NCBI GenBank assembly: GCA_964481235.1
Contig: CAYZYH010000003.1
Coordinates: 12,341-76,340 of the forward strand
DNA length: 64,000 nucleotides
From: an uncultured Candidatus Saccharibacteria bacterium
GTDB lineage: Bacteria > Patescibacteriota > Saccharimonadia > CAILAD01 > BJGX01
Direction: 5' to 3'
In this document: positions 1 to 10,058 of the stretch, in pieces
How the letters are laid out: every line of letters starts with the position of its first letter
Numbering within the stretch: position 1 is the stretch's first letter
The notes under the pieces: generated by a model
What the model saw: the letters and a program-made list of their open reading frames with translations, nothing else
What the model was told of the DNA's origin: nothing
Database searches by the model: none
Position numbers and translations under genes: made by a program

Positions 1-51
1 AAGGTTGAGATAGAAAAACTTGAGGTTTGGAATAATAAAAAAAACCAGGCA

Positions 52-240
52 GTGATGAAGAAATATGAAGACATCATATCTAGAGCCTGCGGAGGCTTTG
101 CTGCAGTACCAAGTTTTGTAAACACCAAAACCAACCAAGCACTTTGTGGAGCCCACGACGAGCCCGAAATAGTCGCACTGCTAAACGGCGAAGATTGTAC
201 CGATAACGTGTGTATGCCTCATAGTAAAATGAAAAAATAG
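52..240 (+). CDS. hypothetical small Cys-rich protein (62 aa)
   Basis: ORF only; 5 Cys; no recognisable motif; the window edge may truncate upstream context. Confidence 0.25.
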   Translation: MMKKYEDIISRACGGFAAVPSFVNTKTNQALCGAHDEPEIVALLNGEDCTDNVCMPHSKMKK

Positions 241-326
241 AGTACCATATTCAGCTTGTTTTTACCTTGAAGCCTATGATTGTATCAGATACAATATATA
301 CATAAGCATTTTAAGGAGAAGCATAG

Positions 327-1340
327 ATGAGTCGTAAAACCCGAGTAGCAATTAACGGTTTTGGTAGAATTGGCCGAAATGCGTTCAAAATTGCATTTAC
401 CAAACAAGATATCGATATTGTTGCTATCAATGATTTAACCGATAACGCTACCTTGGCTCATTTACTGCGCCATGATAGCAGTTATGGTCATTATCATAAG
501 AAAGTTACGAGCACTGACACACATTTGGTAGTGGATGGTAAAAAAATACTAGTTACAGCCGAACCAGAACCCAGCAAGCTCCCCTGGAAAGAACTAAAAA
601 TAGATGTAGTAATAGAATGTACCGGCCGATTTACTGATCGACCAAGCTTAGAAATGCATTTAAAAGCCGGAGCCAAAAAAATTGTATTAAGTGCTCCAGA
701 AAAAGGCGAAAATAGTGACACTTTTGTGTTTGGCGCCAACGATAATAATTTAGAATCTACTCAAACAGTAGTTTCTAATGCCTCGTGCACTACAAATTGT
801 ATAGCCCCAATTATGGCAGTTTTGTCTAAAGAGATTGGCATAGAAAAGTCTCTAATGACCACCGTACATAGCTATACACAGTCACAACAGCTTCAAGATG
901 GACCAGCCAAAGATTTACGTGAAGCTAGAGCTGCAGCTGAGAATATTGTACCCACCACAACTGGTGCTGCTACCGCCGCAGCGCTTACCGTTCCCGAACT
1001 AAAAGATAAATTTGATGGTTTAAGTATAAGAGTACCAACTCCTGTAGTTTCGCTTAGCGACATTACTTTTTTAGCAAAGCGCAATACGTCAGCAGAAGAA
1101 ATTAATAAAATCATTAAAAAAGCTTGCCAGAGCAGTCATAAAGGAATTATCGATTTTACTGAAGAAGAATTGGTGAGTAGAGATTTTATTGGTGATCCTC
1201 ATAGTTGCATAGTAGATATAAAACTAACCAATGTAGTCGATGGTAATCTGTGTAAAGTAGTGGCTTGGTATGATAACGAATGGGGATACTCTAATCGTTT
1301 AGTAGAGATGGTACAAAAAGTTGGAAAATTATTAAAATGA
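327..1340 (+). CDS. gap: glyceraldehyde-3-phosphate dehydrogenase
   Basis: N-terminal NGFGRIGR Rossmann motif; ASCTTNC active-site signature; 337 aa; AGGAG RBS upstream. Confidence 0.9.
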   Translation: MSRKTRVAINGFGRIGRNAFKIAFTKQDIDIVAINDLTDNATLAHLLRHDSSYGHYHKKVTSTDTHLVVDGKKILVTAEPEPSKLPWKELKIDVVIECTGRFTDRPSLEMHLKAGAKKIVLSAPEKGENSDTFVFGANDNNLESTQTVVSNASCTTNCIAPIMAVLSKEIGIEKSLMTTVHSYTQSQQLQDGPAKDLREARAAAENIVPTTTGAATAAALTVPELKDKFDGLSIRVPTPVVSLSDITFLAKRNTSAEEINKIIKKACQSSHKGIIDFTEEELVSRDFIGDPHSCIVDIKLTNVVDGNLCKVVAWYDNEWGYSNRLVEMVQKVGKLLK

Positions 1341-1783
1341 AAGTTTATGTAGCTTCTGACCACGCAGGGTTTATAAAAAAAAATCTATTGGTAGAGCGCC
1401 TTAGTAAAAAATATGAGGTAGTAGATATGGGTCCTACTCAACTCGATCCTACCGATGATTACCCTTTATTTGCAGAACAAGTTGCCGATTCGGTAGTAGA
1501 TGACAAGGGTAGTTTTGGAGTGTTGGTTTGTAAAAGTGGCGAAGGTATGGAGATAGCAGCCAATAAAGTAGACGGTGTACGGGCAGCATTGGTTTGGAAC
1601 AAGCATTTGGCATACGAAACTCGCAACGACAATAATAGTAATGTGTTAAGTTTGCCGGCAGGAGAGCTTAGTGTTGATGAAATGTATGAAATTACTAAAG
1701 AATTTTTACAAACACCTTTTTCGGCCTTACCTAGACACAAACGTAGACTAAAAGAAATTGAAAACATCGAAGATCAGCAATGA
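1337..1783 (+). CDS. rpiB: ribose-5-phosphate isomerase B (RpiB/LacA family)
   Basis: MKVYVASDHAGF... start typical of RpiB; 148 aa; ATGA overlap with gap. Confidence 0.8.
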   Translation: MKVYVASDHAGFIKKNLLVERLSKKYEVVDMGPTQLDPTDDYPLFAEQVADSVVDDKGSFGVLVCKSGEGMEIAANKVDGVRAALVWNKHLAYETRNDNNSNVLSLPAGELSVDEMYEITKEFLQTPFSALPRHKRRLKEIENIEDQQ

Positions 1784-2412
1784 AAATAATCCCCGACATT
1801 TTAGCAAAGACCACCGATGAATATCGCAAAAATTTAAGAGCTGCTCGACAGCTAACCGACAGGTTTCATATAGATATTATTGATGGCAAATATGTAGACA
1901 ATATTACTATTCAACCTCGCGACATTCAAAAACAAATCGACAACAAGATGGATATGCATCTTATGGTTGAAGATCCTGTTTGGTATGCGCGCGAATGTGT
2001 TAAATTAAATCCTCATATTATTATTGTTCAGTTTGAGTCGCCAGGAGATGTTATGGCTGCCCTTGAGCTAACAATGAAAAACGGTTTTAGAGCTGGTTTA
2101 TCTATTAATCCTAGCACTTCAATTGAAGATATAAAAAAATATCTAGACGTAATAAGTCACCTACAAATAATGGGCTACCAAGCTGGTTTTGCTGGCACCA
2201 AGCTAGACAAATCAGTTTTAAGTAAGCCTAAAGAAGTGAGAGAAATTAGGCCAGATCTAGAGATAGGCTTAGATGGTGGAGTGAGTGACAAAACAATCTC
2301 GGCAATAGTAAAAGCACAGTTTGATACTATAGACGTAAACTCATTCTTGTTTAACAACCCAGAGCTAGATTCTTTAAGTGCCTACTCGTTTTTGATGGAA
2401 AAAACATTATGA
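1780..2412 (+). CDS. rpe: ribulose-phosphate 3-epimerase-like TIM-barrel protein
   Basis: Size and N-terminal pattern (ILAKTTDEY..IDIIDGKYV) consistent with Rpe; located in the PPP operon; overlaps rpiB stop. Confidence 0.65.
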   Translation: MKIIPDILAKTTDEYRKNLRAARQLTDRFHIDIIDGKYVDNITIQPRDIQKQIDNKMDMHLMVEDPVWYARECVKLNPHIIIVQFESPGDVMAALELTMKNGFRAGLSINPSTSIEDIKKYLDVISHLQIMGYQAGFAGTKLDKSVLSKPKEVREIRPDLEIGLDGGVSDKTISAIVKAQFDTIDVNSFLFNNPELDSLSAYSFLMEKTL

Positions 2413-3299
2413 AAAAAAGGCTTACCCAATTAGAACTAGCATTGAAAGCCGACGATATTCGTAAAGATATATTAATTATGCTAGAACATGCTGGAAGCGG
2501 GCACACTGCAGGGCCACTAGGTATGGCCGATATATTCACAGCGTTATATTTTGGCGATCTACTACAATACAACCCTAAAAAACCTGATTGGTCAGAAAGA
2601 GATAGACTAGTCTTAAGTAATGGGCACATTAATCCAGTGCTATATGTCACTATGGCTCATGCCGGTTTCTTTGATAAAAGTGAACTTAAAACTTTACGAC
2701 AATTTGGCACAAGGTTACAGGGTCACCCAGAAAGAACTCGTCTGCCGGGCATAGAAACTACTAGTGGTCCGCTTGGTTCGGGTGTTAGCCAAGCTGCCGG
2801 CATGGCTTATGGCTTGCGCATAGATCATCATAAGAAACCACATGTGTATTGCCTTACTTCAGACGGCGAACATCAAGAGGGCAACACTTGGGAAGCGATA
2901 ATGTTTGCAGGAAACAACCGATTAAGAAATCTTACAGTTATTATTGATAGAAACAACATACAAATCGATGGCTTTACTGAAGATGTTATGCCACTCGAAC
3001 CACTTGCGGCAAAATACCAGGCTTTTAATTGGCACGTTATAGAGATAGATGGGCACAATTTTGAAGAAATAACAGGCGCTATTAACCAAGCTAAAGCAAT
3101 TTTTGAGAGACCAACTTGTATTATTGCGCACACTATTGCTGGCAAAGGTGTAGACTTTATGGAAGATGACTTTCGTTGGCACGGTATACCACCAGGTAAG
3201 CAAGAGATAAGTGGCGATCCTGCCCCCAAAGAGCAATTAAAAGTTGCCTTAAAAGAACTTAGGACTCTGCGAGGTAAAATAAGGAGTGAGCATGAGTAA
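2409..3299 (+). CDS. transketolase, N-terminal (TPP-binding) subunit
   Basis: GSGHTAGPLGMADI and SDGEHQEGNTWEA thiamine-diphosphate binding motifs; 296 aa split form. Confidence 0.85.
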   Translation: MKKRLTQLELALKADDIRKDILIMLEHAGSGHTAGPLGMADIFTALYFGDLLQYNPKKPDWSERDRLVLSNGHINPVLYVTMAHAGFFDKSELKTLRQFGTRLQGHPERTRLPGIETTSGPLGSGVSQAAGMAYGLRIDHHKKPHVYCLTSDGEHQEGNTWEAIMFAGNNRLRNLTVIIDRNNIQIDGFTEDVMPLEPLAAKYQAFNWHVIEIDGHNFEEITGAINQAKAIFERPTCIIAHTIAGKGVDFMEDDFRWHGIPPGKQEISGDPAPKEQLKVALKELRTLRGKIRSEHE

Positions 3300-4275
3300 C
3301 TCACAAAAGCTTAGCCCTAAGCTTTTCACAAAAAATATAGAGCTTGTGCCCAATCGCAAGGGGTTTGGTGAAGGCTTATTAGAGGCTGGCAAAAAAGATA
3401 AAGATGTTGTAGCACTCTGCGCTGATCTAACTGAGTCAACTCAGATGGAAGCGTTTAAGCAAGCTTATCCCGAAAGATTTGTAGAGATTGGTGTAGCCGA
3501 ACAAAATCTAGTAACAGTCGCATCTGGCCTGGCGGCAGTGGGAAAAAAACCCTTCGTTACTAGCTATGCAGGTTTTTCACCCGGAAGAAACTGGGAACAA
3601 ATAAGAACTACAATCTGTCTAAACGACCGCAATGTAAAAGTAATAGGAAGTCACTCTGGAGTTTCGGTTGGTCCAGATGGAGCAACCCATCAGATGCTAG
3701 AAGATATTGCACTTATGCGAGTTTTGCCCAACATGACGGTAGTTGTTCCTGCTGACAGTATAGAAGCTAAGAAGGCTACAATTGCACTTTCTAAAACCAC
3801 TTCGCCAGCTTACTTGAGATTGGCTCGCGAAAAAACGGCGGTAATAACAACCGATAACTCACCTTTTGAAATAGGAAAAGCGCAGATTTTGCAAAATGGA
3901 AAAGATCTCACCATAATTGCTTGTGGACCAGTTCTGTATGAGGCTTTGAAGTCCGCAAACGAACTTGCAAAAAACGCCATTTCTGTAGAAGTAATTAATT
4001 GTTCAACTATTAAGCCGTTAGACACCAAAACAATTGTGACTAGTGCAAAAAAGACACGTAGAGTAATTACCTTAGAAGAAGCTCAAGTGGTAGGCGGAAT
4101 GGGTGGTGTAGTGGCCGAAACCATTGCCGCACAATATCCTGTGCCAGTCATGAGACTGGGTATACAAGATCGTTTTGGTCAATCTGGTACAATAGACCAA
4201 CTTTGGAGAGAATATGGTATAGATACTCCTACTATAGTAAAATTAGCAAAAAAATTCGTTAGAAAGGTAAAGTAA
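3286..4275 (+). CDS. transketolase, C-terminal (pyrimidine-binding) subunit
   Basis: 329 aa; typical split-tkt C-terminal subunit (..GVAEQNLV..GPDGATHQ..); overlaps N-terminal subunit gene. Confidence 0.85.
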   Translation: MSMSNSQKLSPKLFTKNIELVPNRKGFGEGLLEAGKKDKDVVALCADLTESTQMEAFKQAYPERFVEIGVAEQNLVTVASGLAAVGKKPFVTSYAGFSPGRNWEQIRTTICLNDRNVKVIGSHSGVSVGPDGATHQMLEDIALMRVLPNMTVVVPADSIEAKKATIALSKTTSPAYLRLAREKTAVITTDNSPFEIGKAQILQNGKDLTIIACGPVLYEALKSANELAKNAISVEVINCSTIKPLDTKTIVTSAKKTRRVITLEEAQVVGGMGGVVAETIAAQYPVPVMRLGIQDRFGQSGTIDQLWREYGIDTPTIVKLAKKFVRKVK

Positions 4276-5279
4276 TGAAAGATAAACTACAAGTCATGTC
4301 TATAGGTGATGTCGTTACGGACGCTTTTATAGAGTTGCTACCAACTGAGGCCGAAATAGACCAAGATAATAAAAAACATCCATTATTATGCATGACATAT
4401 GGTACTAAAATACCTTTTAAAGACGCAATAATAATAAATGGAGTTGGTAACGCTGCCAACGCTGCCGTAGCCTTTGCTCGCCTCGATATTCGATCGGCTT
4501 TAAGAAGTGACATTGGTGACGATTTGGTAGGGCGCGACATTTTACATGCACTATCTCAAGAAGGTGTTTCTACAGAGTTTATCCAAACCAACAAAGGGTT
4601 TAAGAGTAATTATCATTATGTCCTATGGTATAAAGACGATAGAACAATTTTAATAAAACACGAAGATTATAATTACGAATGGCCTGAGATTAGACCTTAT
4701 CAAAAACCTGAGTGGATATATTTAAGTTCTATTGGTGAAAAGGGCGACGTCGTTCATAGAGGCCTAAGCGACTATTTATTTACTAATCCAGATGTTAAGC
4801 TGGCTTTTCAGCCTGGTACTTTTCAAATTCGTGAAGGGGTAAAAAAACTACACAAGCTATATAGCAAAACGGAGATATTTGCAGCAAACAAAGAAGAGTA
4901 CCAACAAATTCTAGAAAGCGACATTAAAGATGAAAAAATCTTAATAAGTAAGATGCATACTCTAGGCCCTAAGACACTACTACTAACTGACGGACCAAAC
5001 GGGGCCTTTGCATCAGATGGACAAAAAATAGTATTTATGCCTCCCTATCCCGACCCCAAACCACCGGTTGATAGAACTGGCGCCGGCGACTCTTATGCAA
5101 GTACTTTTACGGCAGCAATAATAGAAGGTAAAGATATGGGTGACGCTCTGGCTTGGGCAGGAATCAACTCTTGTAGTGTGGTACAAAAAGTTGGTGCACA
5201 AGCCGGCCTACTAAGCCAAGAAGAAATTCAATCAGAATTGAAAAAAGCTCCCAAAAACTATATAGCAAAAGTGTTTTAG
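4275..5279 (+). CDS. PfkB-family carbohydrate/ribokinase-like kinase
   Basis: C-terminal DRTGAGDSYAS PfkB signature; 334 aa; overlaps tkt stop. Confidence 0.7.
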   Translation: MKDKLQVMSIGDVVTDAFIELLPTEAEIDQDNKKHPLLCMTYGTKIPFKDAIIINGVGNAANAAVAFARLDIRSALRSDIGDDLVGRDILHALSQEGVSTEFIQTNKGFKSNYHYVLWYKDDRTILIKHEDYNYEWPEIRPYQKPEWIYLSSIGEKGDVVHRGLSDYLFTNPDVKLAFQPGTFQIREGVKKLHKLYSKTEIFAANKEEYQQILESDIKDEKILISKMHTLGPKTLLLTDGPNGAFASDGQKIVFMPPYPDPKPPVDRTGAGDSYASTFTAAIIEGKDMGDALAWAGINSCSVVQKVGAQAGLLSQEEIQSELKKAPKNYIAKVF

Positions 5280-5322
5280 GTAAAATGTCTATGGTCAAGT
5301 TGGCTAGCTATAGACTATAATA

Positions 5323-6258
5323 ATGCTTATGTATGACTTAATTATTATAGGTGGTGGTCCGGCTGGTATGACAGCGGGTATTTATGCAGCCCGCAAAAAA
5401 CTCAAAACACTTATACTGACGCGCGATATTGGTGGGCAAGCAGCGTGGAGTAGCGATGTGGAGAACTACTTGGGTTTTACTATGATAACTGGTGCTCACT
5501 TGGTAGAAAAGTTTGAGAATCATGTAGAAAAGTTTAAAGACGTGCTTGAGCTCAGGTTAACTACTAAAGGGGTTAGTGCTGTCAAAAAAAATAAAAACTA
5601 CTTTTCAGTAACAACAGGCGATGGTCATAGCGAACACGCCCGTTCAGTTATTATAGCTGGAGGAAAACTACCAAGACCACTTGGAGTACCTGGTGAACAA
5701 GAATTTCTAAATAGAGGCGTAACCTATTGTGCCTGGTGTGATGGTCCTCTCTTTGCCGACAAAGATGTGGCTATAATTGGCGGTGGTAACTCTGCCCTAG
5801 ATGCTGCTTTAAACATTGGTCGTAGCGTAAAATCTATTGTAATAATTAATATCACACCAGAACTTACTGGCGACCCAATTATGATAGAAAAAGTTACTGA
5901 CTCACCCCATATTCGCATACTAAATAATACTGAAGTTGTTAAAATTAACGGCGAAAAATTCGTGAGTTCTATTACTATAAGGACTCACGGTGACAAATCT
6001 TCTACTGACATACCATTACAGGGCGTTTTTATTGAAGCTGGTAGCTTACCTGCTACAGACTACTTAAAGGGTTTAGTTAAGCTCAATAAGGCTGGTGAAA
6101 TAATCATATACAAAGATAACCAAACCTCGATAGCTGGTTTATTTGCAGCAGGCGATATTACCGATATTAATGAAAAACAAATTATTACTGCTGCCGGTGA
6201 AGGAGCAAAGGCCGCAATTGAAGCCGCACGTTATATAGCAAAGCAAAATGAGATTTAG
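5323..6258 (+). CDS. trxB: thioredoxin-disulfide reductase-like FAD/NAD(P) oxidoreductase
   Basis: IIGGGPAG FAD motif, redox CAWC dithiol, second GGGNSA NAD(P) motif; 311 aa. Confidence 0.7.
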   Translation: MLMYDLIIIGGGPAGMTAGIYAARKKLKTLILTRDIGGQAAWSSDVENYLGFTMITGAHLVEKFENHVEKFKDVLELRLTTKGVSAVKKNKNYFSVTTGDGHSEHARSVIIAGGKLPRPLGVPGEQEFLNRGVTYCAWCDGPLFADKDVAIIGGGNSALDAALNIGRSVKSIVIINITPELTGDPIMIEKVTDSPHIRILNNTEVVKINGEKFVSSITIRTHGDKSSTDIPLQGVFIEAGSLPATDYLKGLVKLNKAGEIIIYKDNQTSIAGLFAAGDITDINEKQIITAAGEGAKAAIEAARYIAKQNEI

Positions 6259-6349
6259 CTAAATTGACTGTATTGTATGTATCATTTACAATATAAAGCT
6301 ATAGCATAACAACTATTAAATTGACCATTGCTTTTTAAGGGAGAACACA

Positions 6350-6916
6350 TTGCAGAACGACAACAAAACTAAAAGCACAGATTTTTTGCCAGGCAAACCT
6401 AGTATGGATAGCATGAGTCGTACTAATAACACCGTTACAGCTGTTTCTTCGGGGTCTGGCTCGAGTTCAACAAAAACACCCGAGAATGCCAGCGCACACG
6501 TAATAGATTTAAAGAATGCCCCTACAACCTTTGCAGATTCGCCACTTCTTAACGAAGATACTCAACCAGAACCTGCCGATAAAGCTCCAAAAGTTGCACC
6601 CATAGTAAACGAAATATCTATAAAAGACACCAAGCAAGAAGATGCCTCACCATTGACTACCAATACAACAGAATTAGACCCCAAAGCGTCTAGTGGTCAG
6701 TCTGCTAGTTCACAAGATAGTATGGCGTCAGAAAAAGGCGTAGACGATATTAACCTTTCAGAAACCTCTCCAAACAATGAAGAAGAACATGTAGAACAAC
6801 CTAAAAAAGGCAATAAGCTGAAGTGGGTACTAATTATATTTGGAATAGTTGTGGTTTTAGCAATTGTCGCTGGGGCTGTATACTATATTACTAAGACTAC
6901 CGGAAATCCATTTTAA
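6350..6916 (+). CDS. hypothetical Ser/Thr/Pro-rich protein with C-terminal transmembrane anchor
   Basis: Low-complexity S/T/P/D-rich body; single hydrophobic helix at the C-terminus; non-ATG (TTG) start in the ORF track. Confidence 0.5.
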   Translation: MQNDNKTKSTDFLPGKPSMDSMSRTNNTVTAVSSGSGSSSTKTPENASAHVIDLKNAPTTFADSPLLNEDTQPEPADKAPKVAPIVNEISIKDTKQEDASPLTTNTTELDPKASSGQSASSQDSMASEKGVDDINLSETSPNNEEEHVEQPKKGNKLKWVLIIFGIVVVLAIVAGAVYYITKTTGNPF

Positions 6917-6940
6917 CGATACCTAAGAAAGGGACTATAA

Positions 6941-7207
6941 ATGAGTGATAATAAATCAGACAAGGAAAAATCTGACATAGCAATAATTTACACCACACCA
7001 TGGTGTCAATTCTGTAAACATGTAGAAGCCTATCTAGACGAAAAAGGCGTAGCTTATGAGAAAATAGACGTGCAGGCCGATCAAGCTAAAGCCAAAGAGA
7101 TGATTGAAAAATCTGGTCAAATGGGTGTGCCTGTTACAGAAATAAAAGGTGAAATAATCGTTGGTTGGGACAAACCCAAGTTTGAAGCCCTGTTTGCTTC
7201 TCAATAA
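6941..7207 (+). CDS. glutaredoxin/NrdH-like small redox protein
   Basis: 88 aa; CQFC dithiol after a beta strand (IIYTTPWCQFCKHV); thioredoxin-fold layout. Confidence 0.7.
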   Translation: MSDNKSDKEKSDIAIIYTTPWCQFCKHVEAYLDEKGVAYEKIDVQADQAKAKEMIEKSGQMGVPVTEIKGEIIVGWDKPKFEALFASQ

Positions 7208-7251
7208 TACCATTACATTAAAATTATAAAACAATCCGAATTGATGTAGGA

Positions 7252-9258
7252 TTGTTTTATAATAAGTGTATGAGTATATTTACACTCAACTCCAAATACA
7301 AGCCATCCGGTGATCAGCCAACTGCCATCGCAAAGCTTAGTGGTGGGTTACAAAAAGATCTCAAAGAGCAAACTCTTCTCGGAATAACCGGTAGTGGCAA
7401 GACTTTTACTATGGCTAATGTGATAGCAAACTACAATAAGCCGACTCTCATACTTAGCCATAACAAAACCCTAGCAGCTCAACTGTATGGAGAATTTAAA
7501 GAGTTCTTCCCTACTAACGAAGTACATTATTTTGTAAGCTATTTTGATTACTATCAACCTGAAGCCTATATTGCTAGATCAGATACCTATATAGAAAAAG
7601 ATAGCGCCATAAATGAAGAAATAGACAGATTACGCCACGCCGCAACAGCCGCCTTACTTAGTCACAAAGATGTCATAATTATTGCTTCAGTGAGTTGTAT
7701 CTATGGTATTGGTAATATTACCGACTATACCAATATGACAATTAAGCTAATTGTGGGCGAGAGACGAGTGCGCGACAAATTGCTTCGTCAACTAAATGAT
7801 ATTCAGTACAGTCGTAACGACACTGCTTTTGAACGTGGTAGCTTTAGAATACGTGGCGAGAACCTAGACATTTTTCCAGTAGGCGAGGAAGTTGCGTACA
7901 GAGTAGAGTTTTTCGGTGATGAAATAACAGCTATTAAGCAAATAAGTTATTTAACTGGCGAGGTTATAAAAAACTTAGATAATCTTTCGATATTCCCCGC
8001 CAAGCACTATGTGACACCGCGCGAACAACTCCAGCAAGCAATGGTGAATATTCAAGAAGAATCTGAGCAGCGGGTTAAGTGGTTTAAAGACAACGACTTA
8101 CTTTTAGAAGCCCAACGTTTAGAAAACCGTGTTAAGTACGATTTAGAAATTTTAGAGCAAACAGGCTACGTAAAAGGCATAGAAAATTACGCACGCTACC
8201 TTACTAATAGAGAGTCTGGGTCACAACCCGCTACGCTCATGGATTATTTTCCAGATGACTTTTTGATGTTTATAGATGAGAGCCATATGACTATCCCGCA
8301 AGTTGGAGGTATGTACAATGGCGATAGGGCGCGTAAACTAACCCTTATTGAGCATGGCTTTAGATTGCCCAGCGCCCTAGACAACAGACCACTTAACTTT
8401 ACTGAGTTTGAGCGACATATTAATAAAGTAATATATGTTTCAGCTACTCCAGGAGAATACGAGCTATCACGAAGTAATCAAGTAGTGGAGCAAATTGTGA
8501 GACCAACTGGTTTACTAGATCCAATTATTGAAGTTAGACCTAGCGAAAACCAAGTAGATGATTTACTAGCCGAAATAAGAGATCGTATAAAAAATGGTCA
8601 ACGCACGTTAGTGACCACCCTTACTAAAAGAATCGCTGAAGACCTGAGCGACTACTTACAAGACTTAGGAATAAAGGTGCAGTACTTACATAGCGACGTT
8701 GATACCCTAGAGCGTACAGATATTCTTAGAGATCTTAGACTAGGTGTTTACGACGTATTAATAGGTATAAACTTACTTCGTGAAGGCTTAGATTTACCCG
8801 AAGTAAGCTTAGTGGCTATAATAGATGCCGACAAAGAAGGCTTTTTGCGATCAGAGACTAGTCTTATACAGACTATTGGCCGTGCTGCTCGGCATCAAGA
8901 TGGTAAAGTCATAATGTATGCCGACAAAATCACCGGTTCTATGGAGCGGGCAATAAAAATCACCACAGATCGAAGAACTCGACAAGAAGTTTATAATAAA
9001 AAGCATGGCATTACACCCAAAACCGTTAAGAAAGCTTTGGCCGAAAGTATGCAGGCTGAGATAGAAGCTGAGAAATCTGACTTGCAATCAATTGATTTCA
9101 AAAAAGTGCCAAAAGACGAGTTGCAGTTCATGACCAAGCAACTTACCGAACAAATGGAGCTTGCAGCTGCAAATCTACAATTTGAGCGTGCCGCCGAGCT
9201 GCGTGATCAACTTGAAGAGATCAAAGACGTACTCAATAGTAAGAGGATGAGTAAATGA
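7252..9258 (+). CDS. uvrB: excinuclease ABC subunit B
   Basis: 668 aa; helicase motifs GITGSGKT, DESH; C-terminal UVR domain (..QMELAAANLQFERAAELRDQL..). Confidence 0.95.
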   Translation: MFYNKCMSIFTLNSKYKPSGDQPTAIAKLSGGLQKDLKEQTLLGITGSGKTFTMANVIANYNKPTLILSHNKTLAAQLYGEFKEFFPTNEVHYFVSYFDYYQPEAYIARSDTYIEKDSAINEEIDRLRHAATAALLSHKDVIIIASVSCIYGIGNITDYTNMTIKLIVGERRVRDKLLRQLNDIQYSRNDTAFERGSFRIRGENLDIFPVGEEVAYRVEFFGDEITAIKQISYLTGEVIKNLDNLSIFPAKHYVTPREQLQQAMVNIQEESEQRVKWFKDNDLLLEAQRLENRVKYDLEILEQTGYVKGIENYARYLTNRESGSQPATLMDYFPDDFLMFIDESHMTIPQVGGMYNGDRARKLTLIEHGFRLPSALDNRPLNFTEFERHINKVIYVSATPGEYELSRSNQVVEQIVRPTGLLDPIIEVRPSENQVDDLLAEIRDRIKNGQRTLVTTLTKRIAEDLSDYLQDLGIKVQYLHSDVDTLERTDILRDLRLGVYDVLIGINLLREGLDLPEVSLVAIIDADKEGFLRSETSLIQTIGRAARHQDGKVIMYADKITGSMERAIKITTDRRTRQEVYNKKHGITPKTVKKALAESMQAEIEAEKSDLQSIDFKKVPKDELQFMTKQLTEQMELAAANLQFERAAELRDQLEEIKDVLNSKRMSK

Positions 9259-10058
9259 GTGAACCAACTCCACAAAATAATGAAGAAAAATCTATACCAG
9301 CTTTTAGATTACACACAAAAAAATCACATCTTCATCCCAAAAAACTACTTGAATTTGAGGGTGACTTAGCGCAAAATTATCAAATTCGGTGTGTGGCGCA
9401 GTATAGCGAGCATGCATTAAAAGACATGTCACGCGCAGATGCATATAGACTACTCGAAACCAAAGGTGAAATGCTCTCGCACCTTGCCGACGAAATACGA
9501 CGTTACAAGATTGCAATAGCGCCTACATACCACGTAGTTGGGGATAGCGAAGAGAATGGCCTACCGTCTTTGTTTGTTGCTACTGCTGAAGTTAATGGTG
9601 TAACAGCAAGAGACTTGCTTTTACCCACCAACCGCGATAGCAAAGAATTACAAAACGCTCTACCGCTTATTATTGAGCTTGTAGACAATCTAGTCGATTA
9701 TTTACACACAAAAGTTGCTAATGGAGAAGATTTTTATAGAGACATATTTAAAACAGACCAGTATGTTTTTGGTACTATCAAAGGTCTATCTCGGCCAGAT
9801 CTATACTTTATAGATACAGATAGCTTTGAGTTGTCTTCGCCATTGCATCAGTATCAATGCCTTATTAGGCCCTTGGGTGCTCTCTTACCGTTAATTGAAA
9901 AGATCGAACAACTGGTAGGGACTGAAGTTATGCTAAGCGCTAGAAATAAATTATTAGATACAATTAATAATCTCAAACTTTCTGAACACGACAGAACCGA
10001 AACCTACGAACATATTAAAAGAAGACTTATGCCGAGAAGTGACAAGGTGTCGGCATGA
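9255..10058 (+). CDS. hypothetical protein (267 aa), translationally coupled to uvrB
   Basis: ATGA overlap with uvrB stop; no recognisable domain; weak kinase-like segments (YRDIFKTDQYVF ... LYFIDTDSF). Confidence 0.6.
   Translation: MSEPTPQNNEEKSIPAFRLHTKKSHLHPKKLLEFEGDLAQNYQIRCVAQYSEHALKDMSRADAYRLLETKGEMLSHLADEIRRYKIAIAPTYHVVGDSEENGLPSLFVATAEVNGVTARDLLLPTNRDSKELQNALPLIIELVDNLVDYLHTKVANGEDFYRDIFKTDQYVFGTIKGLSRPDLYFIDTDSFELSSPLHQYQCLIRPLGALLPLIEKIEQLVGTEVMLSARNKLLDTINNLKLSEHDRTETYEHIKRRLMPRSDKVSA

Noticed and set aside
494-1114. Antisense ORFs inside gap (494..739-, 893..1114-) and similar antisense ORFs inside uvrA, dnaE, clpC, PBP and others
   Set aside because: They are embedded in strongly supported genes on the opposite strand; short, no RBS; typical shadow ORFs
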